A DNA stretch of 64,000 nucleotides from Paramecium tetraurelia (lineage: Eukaryota): contig CT868663.1 of NCBI GenBank assembly GCA_000165425.1, positions 1 to 64,000 of the forward strand, given 5' to 3'. The position numbers and the translations under genes are program-made. The notes beneath the pieces were generated by a model. The model made no database searches. It was not told the origin of the DNA and was given only the letters and a program-made list of their open reading frames with translations. How positions within the stretch are numbered: position 1 is the first letter of the stretch; each line of letters opens with the position of its first letter. Shown here piece by piece: positions 53,201 through 64,000 of this stretch.

Positions 53201-53703
53201 AGATAATAAGGTGCCATACATTTGCACTAATCCAGAACCTAATACAATATTGACAAATAAAGATATAGTGTTGGTTCTAGCTAAGGAAATGCCTTAATCT
53301 GATTGTACTGTTTCAATTTATCTTAGCAATTAATTGGGGAGGACCACTAGAGGAAATGGTATAACAATAAAAATAGGCCCATAATATCTATAAAAAGAAG
53401 GAGTCTACTTCGTCAAGCGAAGATAATGACTTAATATAAATTAATGATAATAATGATAAAGAAGTACAAAGAGCAAAGCAATATAATAATGAAACCGAAC
53501 AAGTTATGAAAAAAATATAGAATGTCATAGAAGATGTGTAAAAATTAGAAAAAGAATCAGAAGATTTTTAGAAAAAAATGATAGATAGGCAAAATAGAAT
53601 TTTGGCAAGATTGAGAGATGTATTTAAAGAAGAGTTGTTGCAATTTTAATAGAAAAGAGCAGAAGTTTCACAAAACTTCACTTATAAAAGTTCAGATGAT
53701 TGA
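50259..53703 (+). CDS. Slo/BK-family channel with two RCK domains and atypical pore
   Basis: TM core; HIVILG, FFKELFHEDH, DLKRCQIEKAKA, ICIEELKMSLLAKSCLCPG, HVILCG, LFASGQ, SFYNP, YICTNP. Confidence 0.92.
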
Positions 53704-54451
53704 GAATATTTTATATTTTATTACCCAATCGCATTTAGTTGAAATTATTGTTATATTAAATCCCATTTCAATTTTTGAGTATTGCTGTTGTTTCCAATAG
53801 AATAAATTTATATTTTCATTTATGAGTTTTTGAAACTAATAGCCAAAATCTTGAAAATAATTGTAAGAAAATTGAACTTAGTAAAAGTCCTAATATATAA
53901 TTAGATTTGTATGAAAGTCCGTCGTATAAGTATTAATAATAATAACAAAATTATTAATATTTTTAACATTAAATTTCAAAAATATTTAGATATAGATTAT
54001 TTAATTATAATATAAATAATACTTCTCAATTTATAAGTTAAGTATATAAACAAAGAATTAAAAAAGAAAGTACAGTGTATTCAATTATGATATTTATTTG
54101 AAGTAAATCTCACATAATCTACTTAAATGATAGAGTAATTAGAGTTTATATTGTAGCACATTTTTTACAAAGTGATCTTACATCAACCTAAAATATGCAC
54201 ATTAAAAATTTGTAATTAATATTAATAACTTCAACTTTAATAACGATTGGATCATATATTGTTGCTTAATCATTTATAAACAAAACAAAAAAATTTAATT
54301 CTATTAACAAAATCAATTCATATGATGGAGAGAATTGAGATTTCTCATTAATCTATAAGAAATAAATAACAAATAATTCATCTTTTTCGTTTTACATATC
54401 ATGTGAGATTCTTATATATTAAAATATATATAAATTGGGTATTATAAATTA

Positions 54452-57151
54452 ATGGAATACTAATAAACAGCTTTATCTGTAGATCGTAAACAAAATATAC
54501 CAATTGAGATATGGAACTAATTCCTTTGTAAATTTCCTTTATGCTCAGAACAATATAAATTGCCTGCTGATGCTTTCAAAGAAAAATCTAAATTCCTTTC
54601 AGCTTTGATGATTGCTAATATTTTTGATATAATAATAAGCTGGCAACAATTAACGAAGCTTGACCATATATAAAAGTAGTTTTAATAGATAGTGGATGAT
54701 TAAACTCAATCATAGCTCATAAAAAATCAATTTCAGCACTACATAAGCCATTTTAAGGTTTTGTTGGATGAATTGAAACCCTTTGATTTTATAGAAATTT
54801 ACGGTAATTAATTATCTATTGAGAAGATAGATATAGTTTAAGAATACTTAAAAAATAAAAGAAAGAAAATATACGATTTTTTATAAGATAAAGATAAGAT
54901 CAACATTCTATTTTAATTGTCAATAGGTATAGTTTTGAGTTTCTATCTGAAGTCTGAATCTTAGGTAACCAAATCATAGATAGATAAGTTAAGTAGGCAA
55001 CAAATTGTTAACAGATTATTATAACTCCGTACTGATGCAGCTGTGGAAAATAGTCCATAGAATGATTTTATTTTGGAAGATTATGTAGTCATAGCCATTT
55101 CGGATTCACTAAATTATCCTATCCATGTTTTTATTAATGATTTTGACACAAAAAATAATGGTCTTATACAAAGGAAAATTCATTAAGAATAAAATTAGGA
55201 TAAAGCTGTAGCTTTCTTATTAGATAATGTTGAAAACAATATCTATGTGAGAATTTTAGCATCCAATCAAGATATTCTATATGCTTAAAATATGATTAAT
55301 AAAAAACAATAGCAACAGGAATCCATTGTAAATTCCTTATCATAAATCCTAGGCAATATACTAAATCAGGTCATGGAGGATTTTTGTAATTTCAATAAAT
55401 TATGGATTCTTAAGATATTATAGATTATAAATCATGGAGAAACCTAGACTCTTATTGCAGATCAACAACCTATAAATATAAATCAATAATTTATAAAATA
55501 TAGTGTAGAGCTATTTTAATTGCTGAAATTTGATCTCACTGCCCAATAAGAATTTGTAAAGAACTTCGAAGAGAATTTGAAAAAAAAAGAATAGGTTGTC
55601 GAAAATATCATCATCTCCTAAATTACAATGATTAGAGAATAAATGCAAGTGATCATAAATGATTATAAGTAACTCTAATCTTAAGTCCTTCAATAGAGTG
55701 CAATTTAAACTTAATAGAAAAGCAAATAAAATTTGACAGTTTGGATTAAGCCTAAAGATATAGACAACGATGTGCCTTAAAATGATGATTTTGATTAGTT
55801 TCTTCAAACTGATAACTAATAATAATTTACATAACAATAAGTTAATAATTAAAATCAGCCTATAAACAATGAGGTTAATAATTAATATCAGCCTATAAAC
55901 AATGAGGTTGGTGGAAAACATTATCCTAAAAAATAGAATTATTGTAAAAGTGAAATTATTAATAAAAAACTTACTACAACTACTGAATCTTAAAAGAATC
56001 GCGAAGGTGGCATAGTGAATTTGGAAGAAATGTTAAGTTTTTAAAAAGCCTCTCTCATATATAATTAGAGTGCGACATCACGTAAGGTACAATCAGAAAT
56101 TTATAAATCTTCTAGAATATAAAAAGATAGTTTAAAATTTACTCCATTGATCAAATAAAATTCTTAGATTAGAAAACAAGGTGATAATAATATAATTCCT
56201 GAGATTTTTGACTAAAGCAAGATTTCTGAAATCTAAAGTGAAAAACACAGCGTTGTTTCTGTTGAGAAGACATTTAAATGTACAAGCTGCTATGAATACA
56301 AGCAACCTGATGAAATCAGAACTCTACATGATGATCATAAGCTTTGCAATTTTTGCTTAGAAAGTTGGATAAAAGTAAATAAATTATAATTAAATAAAGG
56401 TGAAATTTAATTCAATACAATGGAACTATAAATATTTTCAATGTCCAATTCAATCTAGTGATGGGTAAACTCATTAACCTTGCGACTATATAATTGATCA
56501 TTAGTAGATAAAAGATGCTTTGACTGCTGAGGAATTTGATATGTTGATAGTGAATACTATTAAACATGGAATAGTAGATATAATCTGTCCGAAATAAGAT
56601 TGTAAAGCAAATATAAAAGGTATACCACCAGAAGATAAAAATGAATTGCTATGTCCAAATTGTTCTACTAAGATTTGTTGCGTATGCAAGTAAATTCATT
56701 TTTTCAATATAATAAATTAGATAAATAGATCATGGTGATTCTTAATGTCCATAACGCCTAGATGAAATAAAATTGGCTTTATAGGATGAAAGGATTAGTT
56801 GTTGTCCTGGATGTCTTGAAATATATATGAAAAATGAAGGTTGTGAACATGTCGCTTGTGCAAAGTGTTTGACAGAATTTTGTTTTGGTTGTAGTGCTTA
56901 TAGAAAACCAATTTTAGGACACGGTACTAGTTTATGGTTTATAAAAAGGGGCTCATTTTCATAGAGAAGGTTGTTTATCAAGAATACCATGGTATAAAGA
57001 TAAAGATAAAAAGATAGAAAATTTGGATGAAGAATATTTACCTGATGAGTGTGAATATTGTAAGTAACATTAAAAAGCCTGTCCTCGTCCGATTAGTTTA
57101 TCAGAATTCAAGAGTTTAGCTCATTTAAATTTTGAAAATAGTTAAATGTGA
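54452..57151 (+). CDS. RBR (RING-IBR-RING) E3 ubiquitin ligase with long N-terminal region
   Basis: RING1 CTSC...HKLCNFC; IBR CPKQDC...CPNCSTKICCVC; RING2 CPGCLEIYMKNEGCEHVACAKCLTEFCFGC; short introns. Confidence 0.9.
55841..55909 (+). repeat. 2 x 33-nt coding tandem repeat in the RBR gene
   Basis: GTTAATAATTAA[A/T]ATCAGCCTATAAACAATGAG twice, encoding VNNQ[N/Y]QPINNE. Confidence 0.9.
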
Positions 57152-57869
57152 TAATCAAATCTAATGATAAGTTTTAATGATATTTTATCATTTTAGTACA
57201 AAGGGATCGTTTATTATATTAATTAAAATCATAATTATATTTTGGTAATAGAAACTAAAAAAAAGCAAAAATTCTTTTCACAAGACCTTTAAAATCCAAA
57301 ATAGATATTAAGTCAAATTATTGATGGAGCAATATACTATTTTTCTTATTAAAAGTGCCTAAAATCTATCTTTAATTATGAAAAAAGTCTACAGTAAAAA
57401 CTAAACTTTATTGGATCCAAATCTTCTCCTCTATTTTGATCTCATTATTTTTGAAATCACTTTTATGTAAATATATTAGCCAAGTCAATAGGTTTAGATT
57501 CTTATTTATCTATGTTATAGTTTATGTCACTTTAGTTTACAAAGAAGTTCTTTTGTATTTAGAGTATTTTCCTTTATTAAAACTTATTAACAAATTCATT
57601 TAGGATATAAAAATTTATTATTCTTTCCTTAAATTAATCAATTTAAACCCTCCATTATGATTTTGCCATTTATATATAATTAAATAATTAGATGAATCTA
57701 TAGGAAAAATTCTACTTCTATTCCCAATTAATGTATCATTACTAGAAGGATGAAGATGAGTAAAATTATTTATACTTAATATATAAATAAGATGACAATT
57801 CTTTGTTGTCCATCTAGCAAAACAGGAGATCCTGTAATGGAATATTGTAGATATATATAATCTTTAAAC

Positions 57870-58588
57870 TCATTAGTCTTCATCTTTAGAATACTTCAAT
57901 TTTAGTTATTCTAGTTCTTATTTTAATCTTTGATTTTCTTCAATCAATTGATGGGTTTTTAGATTCCAATTCTATCATTAAATAATGATAAAACCTTTGA
58001 TAAATCATCTAATTATGCAAAAGATTAGATTGAAATGACGTTTAGTTATTTCATTAACTCCTATCTAATTTAATCTTATTCCTCTAATTTTTAGATGTTG
58101 GCCTAGGAATGTTATTTATTCTCATCAATTTATTTCATCAAATTCTACCTTAGATATTGATTTACATTTAATTTTTCATTATTTTAGTCACTCTTTTTTT
58201 TGGAGTCTTATTATGCAGTATACATTTCATATGTTGGAAGGGTTATCAACAATGCATAGATAAGGATTTCGTAAAAGAATTCCACTCCCTTGCAAACTTA
58301 TTAATTTAGATTACTTTTTCTAATGCCACCTCGTCATTCAAAGGCTTAAAGAAAAAATCACTGCTTTTTTTATCAATACCCATAAATTTGCTGTCTATTT
58401 TTTACTATATTTCAGAATTTCATTACGTCCCATTTATGTTAAAAGTTTCCTAAACGAACATAAAATTTCTTCACCCAATTTGTGTGTCCTGATTGAGCTT
58501 TCTTTAAATGGGCAGCCTTTGTTCTGGCAATCACTGGTCTTGCAAACACCCTCACAATCAATGAGAAAACTTTGAATAAGGGTAACAT
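57870..58588 (-). CDS. OPA3: OPA3-like mitochondrial protein
   Basis: MLPLFKVFSLIVRVFARPVIARTK; KPLNDEVALEKGVEFFYEILIY followed by a coiled coil; about four tiny introns. Confidence 0.85.
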
Positions 58589-58628
58589 TATTAATAACTA
58601 TAATTATAGATAAATTAAAATATAATTA

Positions 58629-59252
58629 TCAATTAACATGATTAAAGAGTTTTGTTCGAAAAGCTATAAAGAATTATTATTATTTCATACTTTTTGAAGG
58701 TGGAGGAGATGTGCTGTAAACAATTTATCTTTCGTTTGAAAGCAACCTAGATCGTTCCATCGTGCTTACAGTGAAAGAAGATTAGTTATCATGAGGCAAA
58801 TCCCCCATTATATACCCATATTCTCGGATAAAGTTCAAGAATTTCTAATCTAAAGGTTTCAAGAGTTTGATTTGTATAATATCGCTTTGATTCCTGGGAC
58901 TTGCTTATTGTTCCTAGAAAGTAGTAGAGTTTATTTTAGAAAAAGATTAGTCTAACTCAAGTCCTGAGAATAGCCTTTTTTAAAGAGAAAGATCTTGTTT
59001 AGATTACTAAGATGAAGACCTTGAATCTAAGTTAGATTTAGTTGAGTTCTAAAACACCTTAATTTAAAATCCCTTTTATCCATCTTCATTTTGCATTCCA
59101 CTTGTATTCCTTTGTTAAAGATTGTAGATTTATTAAACTTGTTGGATATTCTACCTTCCCTGATTAGTTGGATTCTTTACAGGTTTAATATCGTATTCCT
59201 ACAATGATTTCTGTTGCATTTTATTAGAAGCTGCAAATCTCTGTTAATACAT
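58629..59252 (-). CDS. Hypothetical Q/S-rich protein (207 aa)
   Basis: Intron-less code-6 ORF MYQQRFAASNKMQQK... ending at TGA. Confidence 0.7.
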
Positions 59253-59436
59253 TATATTATTTATCTGAAAATAATATATTAAAAATTATAAAGAAGTAAA
59301 ACTACTTTAAATTATGATGGTGCAGCAAATAGTTTCATTCATCTTCTAATTATATGAAATTCAATCATTTTTATATGATACAAATAGATATCGTAATATT
59401 CACTTATTAATATGAACTATGATAAATAAAATTATA

Positions 59437-61106
59437 ATGATTCGTAAGATTTTGAAATTTGGGTTTTCTACGACGACTCTCAATTAAGAACCAAAGCATA
59501 GATTTAGTTTATTTAAAATAATTGCTGGAGCAGCTATTGGAGTTTACGGATTCGATTAAGGAAGAAAATATAGAGAATATTTATCAAATATCTTCCTCAC
59601 TAAAGAATAGCTCAATGATTTAGCATTGAAAAACATGATCAAATCCAAAGATTCATAATTAATAGCACATCCCATTAATAGTGTTAATAATATAAAGAAT
59701 AAAGAGAAAGTAGTAGTCTTGGGAGGAGGTAATATTGATTTACATTTTAGGAATAATTGGAATCTCATAAGCCTTAAAACTATTAAGAATGGGGTATAAT
59801 GTAACTGTCATTGAATAAGCTCATACTGTTGCTTCGGAGTGCAGTGCCTTTAATGGTAATGTTTTTAATCCAATGTACTTTTTACCCCTTGTCACAAGAG
59901 TAATTCATAATTTATTATTGCAAGGATAACTTAATCTATATGATCAAGAATATATTCGAAAAACCAGAGTTAACTACTGTTAGATTTAACATGAATGGAT
60001 TCTTAGAGGACAATTTTATTTAGTGGGGAATTAATAGTTTACTATTAAGTATGACGGAGTATTATAATAAAATTATCTAATTAGCAATGCCTAGATAGAG
60101 AATTCAAGAAAGTAATTGAGGATTGGATCATTGACTTTGCAGGACATTGAAAAATTAAAGCCAACAGGATTACTCAAAGGACATTTAATCGCAAAAGGAT
60201 AATTGGGGTTTTTTGCTTCAGATTAAAAAGTTAATGCTTATAAAGATAGGTTAGAGTTGTTAGGAATCCCTCATATTAAAGTTGAATCCTTTGAATAAAT
60301 TGAATAATTCACAAAAACAGATTTAAAAACAGAACCAAATCTCAAGCTTTTCAATAGATTTAAGAAAGCCTTGATATTAACTACTGAATCCAATTTGGAA
60401 ACAAGAGACTTAACATAATCCATGTTAAAGTATTGTTAGGAAAACTTTCCAAACTAATTTGCAATTGCATTTTAGACTTCAGCTCAAAATTTTGTCTTAG
60501 ATCCAGATAAAAATGTCAGAGGAATTCAAACAAATAAAGGGTATATTTATACGGTATATTTTAAGAATCGTCTTAGGAGATAGATTTGTCATTTGTTTAG
60601 CACATAAAAGCAAATAGTTAGCCCAAAAATTAAGACTTAACCTTCCAATAGTCCCAGCAAAAGGGTGGGCCATGGGAAGAACTGCACCAGAAAATTTTAA
60701 TTAGACTTTAGTTAAAGAATTCACTTTAAATACTCCAAATTATTTTGCAACAAATCTAAATGGGCATTTAAGATTAGCAGGATGTGCAGAGGTTTGCAAT
60801 GATACGCCATCAAGTGATGCAAGCAGCGAATGGGGAGCTATTTAAATATTAAATAGATTCAATGAGCAAAATGGATTCGATTTTAAAATGAATGACTTCA
60901 CTGTTAGAAGTTGTTTCAGACCTTTAACACCAGATGATGTTGCAATTATTAGTGAAGTGCCTGGATTCAAAAACGTATTTATAAATGCAGGTCATGGATC
61001 AAGGGGCATGAGTTACTGCTTTGGAGCAGCAGACATTATGAGTTAGGTTATGGAAGGATCTAAGGACTTTGAAGATTACAGTGTGAAGAGGTATTATTTT
61101 ATATGA
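59437..61106 (+). CDS. D-amino acid dehydrogenase (DadA)-like FAD oxidoreductase
   Basis: VVVLGGGIIG (split by an intron), VTVIE, ASECSAFNG, PAKGW, RLAG, CFRPLTPDD, NVFINAGHGSRG; mitochondrial-presequence-like start MIRKILKFGFSTTTL. Confidence 0.88.
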
Positions 61107-61131
61107 TTTATTAATAAATATTCGTTAAATT

Positions 61132-61621
61132 ATGCAAAAAAAGAAAGGGCATTCCAAGAATCTATCAAAATAAGCTATTGATTTAATTAATTACTATAAT
61201 AACTTAAGGACATCTATTACTAATGAATTTGCGATGATGAATTTAAATAAAAAAATGTCATTATACATAGCTGATTAACGTATTTCATTTTTTAATTCTA
61301 ATAGCTATTGCAGAAGAAGATGTTGAGGATTCTCCTATTAAGCTCTAAAGAAATTGCTCAAAGACAGAACATATTAATATCAATATATATGCATAAACAT
61401 TCGATTTAGATGAAGAATTATAATAAGATGTAAAATAGTTAAAATAAACTTTAAATTAAAGTATGTATCATAATTTGAAATTAGGAATAACATAACTAAA
61501 AAGCATAATACACCAATCAGAACAAATGAAAAGTATGAAAAATTAAAATAACAAAGAAAATTAATGCTAAAATAATCAAAACTATGCTATAAATAAAATG
61601 GCAATAAAAAAAAGAGTTTGA
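61132..61621 (+). CDS. Small hypothetical protein
   Basis: ATG 61132; two canonical 24-25 nt introns restore the frame; TGA 61619-61621. Confidence 0.65.
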
Positions 61622-61828
61622 AAAAAACATATAATTTGTTTCAATTTAATTCTTTTCAATAAAATCGTATTTATTATTAATGGTTAACTTAAGATATACT
61701 TCTTTTTTTATTATTGCATTAACTTTAGTGTATAATTACTATGTTTTTAATTGAAAGTAAAACTCTTATAAATTTATTATTTATGTATTAAATAATAAGC
61801 TATAAAACGATTTCTCACATATCTTAAT

Positions 61829-62925
61829 TCAATATTATTTTTCAAATTATTTTTGATTGCGTTCTAACTAGGAATTTTAGCATAAGGCAATCTAATAATG
61901 TCCTGGCCTAAAGAGCAGATTAATTTATGATAAATTCTGATTTTAATTATATATTTCAAGTTCAACTCCGTCTCTTCTGAAAAAGTATAAATTAACTTAA
62001 CTAAATTAATAAAAACTCAAATTTACAGGTCTAATTCTTAACTGAGAAGTTAAATTACAGCTTGATTAGAATTACATTCTTTTTACCAAGTGATGATCTC
62101 CTCTTCTATGTCTGTGTAAAGAAAATTTTCTATATAGCCTTTTTTCTAATTGTATATTTGTCTAACAATGTTTCTAAAAATTATTATTGAACAAACATAA
62201 AATTATTTGTTATTTTTTGAAAAATATTCTAGTAAATCAGAAGGGTTTTATACCAGTTGTTTTAAAATGTATTTAAAGTACTTTTTTATTTCATTTTCAA
62301 TTTAAATTTTTATCAAGGACTAATCATTAAAGAATAGTGTTAATTCTAATTCATCAACCTTATTGATAAATTTGTTTATTTCTATTTTGCTATTTTTTGA
62401 GTTTGATAGTAATAAATTCAAGTATTAATATAAAAAGGATGTATAAAAGCAATTTCCGTCCCCTCTTACTCTTTAATAACCTATTATATTTCTGAATTTA
62501 TTTTCCAAATCAATTTTTTGTGTTCCATATTCTTTTTTGAAGGCAGCATTACTTTCTGGAGGATTTACATAATTGATTTCAAGTATCTAACCTCCAGATA
62601 AAAATTCTAAATTTTTAATGAATTCTTTCATCTATTTATCATTACCATCAGAGAAATTGGATTTTTGTATTTATTATTGCCATTCCTTTAATATATTATA
62701 ATCATTCATTTGTTTGGTTACTTCATTCCCTTATTTAATCCATTCATCTATTTTTGCTAAATTATTCCAAAATTCATTTATCTTTTCAGTTGGTTTAAAT
62801 TATATTTTGAATTCACTAATTTTTTTACTAGCGTCTTATATTATATCGATGATATTGTCAAAGTTTTTTCTGACTTCTTAGATTTATTTTTTCAAATATT
62901 GTATTAATGTCTCTATGCTATCCAT
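61829..62925 (-). CDS. Otubain-type deubiquitinase (peptidase C65)
   Basis: YQRVRGDGNCFYTSF (catalytic Cys) and LLFRPGHY (catalytic His). Confidence 0.92.
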
Positions 62926-63191
62926 TATTAATAAAATAAAAAATATAATTACTAATTGAATCTTTTTTATAAATGATTGGCTCATGCTTAAGAAGATAAC
63001 CGAAGCATAAAGATAATAAGTAATGATTAAAATTTGCTTTACTTTATGTGCAAAATAAGTAAATTCTTTTTGAAATGCAAGTGCTAAGACCTATTAAATA
63101 AATATTAAGAAATATCTATTTAGTATTATTAATTGTTATTTTCATACCCATAAATTGCTTTGTATAATTAATAAATTGAGTTTTTAATTAA

Positions 63192-64000
63192 ATGAAATTT
63201 TTTAATGACCTCAAGTTGAAGTTTGATGAAAAAGAATTAGAGGAGAAATATTAGATAGACAAAGCAAACTCAATAAAAAAGCCTGTTTTTTTATTTATTC
63301 TCTTTCTTTCCTTCTGTTCAAATATTACAGTATTGGGTCTGCATATTTTTGTTAGACCATCAGAAACTTGGTATATAAATGCTATATTAATTGGTTTGAC
63401 AATAATTTAAGTTATAATAGTACTAATACTAAAGCAGCTTCAATTTATTTAAATTGGGCTAACCCTTAGCAGTATAACAATAGGGTTTTTGTAACTTAAT
63501 GTTGACCCTTAAAATACAACTCAAACTGAATTTTATGTTTACGGGTGTCTTTTTATGTAATTTCAAGCAGTGCTATTTATGATTTCTAATTTCAATCATG
63601 CATTTTTTTAAGTAATTCTTAGCCTGGCAATAAGAACATCAATTACGTCCATCTATTCGAAGCGACCTGATTATTTAGCTCTTTTTGTTGGAGCCTTTGG
63701 ATGTATTCTAATTCTTATCACCATTTATGTGAACGATAAAAATGCAAGAAGATATTTCATACAAAACCTAAAGGAGAATAATCTAAGACAGTTAGGTAAA
63801 TTTTTGCTAAGTAAACCATATCTTAAGATATAATTTTACGAAGATCAACAGATATTTTAATTTATAAGTTAAAATCAAATCAAACAATTTCCAGGTTATA
63901 CTGATGAGATATGTCATGGATGCAACATAAGAAATATGTTAAGAAATTACAAATCGGATTAGGGAAGTTTAGAGGAAGTATTATTAAATAAGCCTGATTT
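63192..64000 (+). CDS. Multi-pass membrane protein, 5' part (runs off the window)
   Basis: MKFFNDLKLKFDEKELEEKYQ followed by ~6 hydrophobic segments; similar N-termini occur in ciliate sensor-kinase/cyclase-like families, but no catalytic domain lies inside the window. Confidence 0.7.

Noticed and set aside
55511..55921. 136-aa minus-strand ORF with LIVYRLILIIN repeats
   Set aside because: Antisense of the 33-nt repeat in the RBR gene
57160..57669. Possible small minus-strand gene from ATG 57669
   Set aside because: Hits an in-frame TGA, and I could not build a consistent intron model; may be decayed
57780..57845. Minus-strand peptide GSPVLLDGQQR resembling the DUF262 DGQQR motif
   Set aside because: Short intergenic frame with no start codon or other family motifs; likely chance
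1..64000. Telomeric repeats, tRNA/rRNA, CRISPR arrays, intact transposases, retained IESs
   Set aside because: None seen by eye; the gene models I traced close with ordinary introns and need no TA-bounded insertion

Overview
AT-rich ciliate macronuclear-type DNA, most likely Paramecium. Recognisable genes read through TAA/TAG as Gln (translation table 6), stop only at TGA, and carry 20-31 nt GT-AG introns, so the supplied standard-code ORF track is fragmentary and often antisense. From ~8.6 kb to the end it is a compact array of ~30 genes. These include two CNBD-type K+ channels, a Slo/BK-like channel, EF-hand proteins, FLVCR-like and BT1 transporters, Maf, a B-box/WD40 protein, a degenerate FAD-linked oxidase, a vWA protein, WDR34, STI1, EFL1, an S10 carboxypeptidase, an RBR ligase, OPA3, a DadA-like enzyme and an otubain. 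In the first ~8.5 kb I recognise no intact gene; it contains a 150-N gap flanked by a GC/CpG-rich, hairpin-rich island. I found no clear multi-gene novel system. Best leads: a BK-like channel with a non-canonical TMGYE filter, two divergent ATGs 7 bp apart, a CCHC zinc-knuckle motif after the CNBD of both K+ channels, two probable pseudo-enzyme domains, and the GC-rich island. All translations are by hand; family assignments come from recalled motifs, not database searches.
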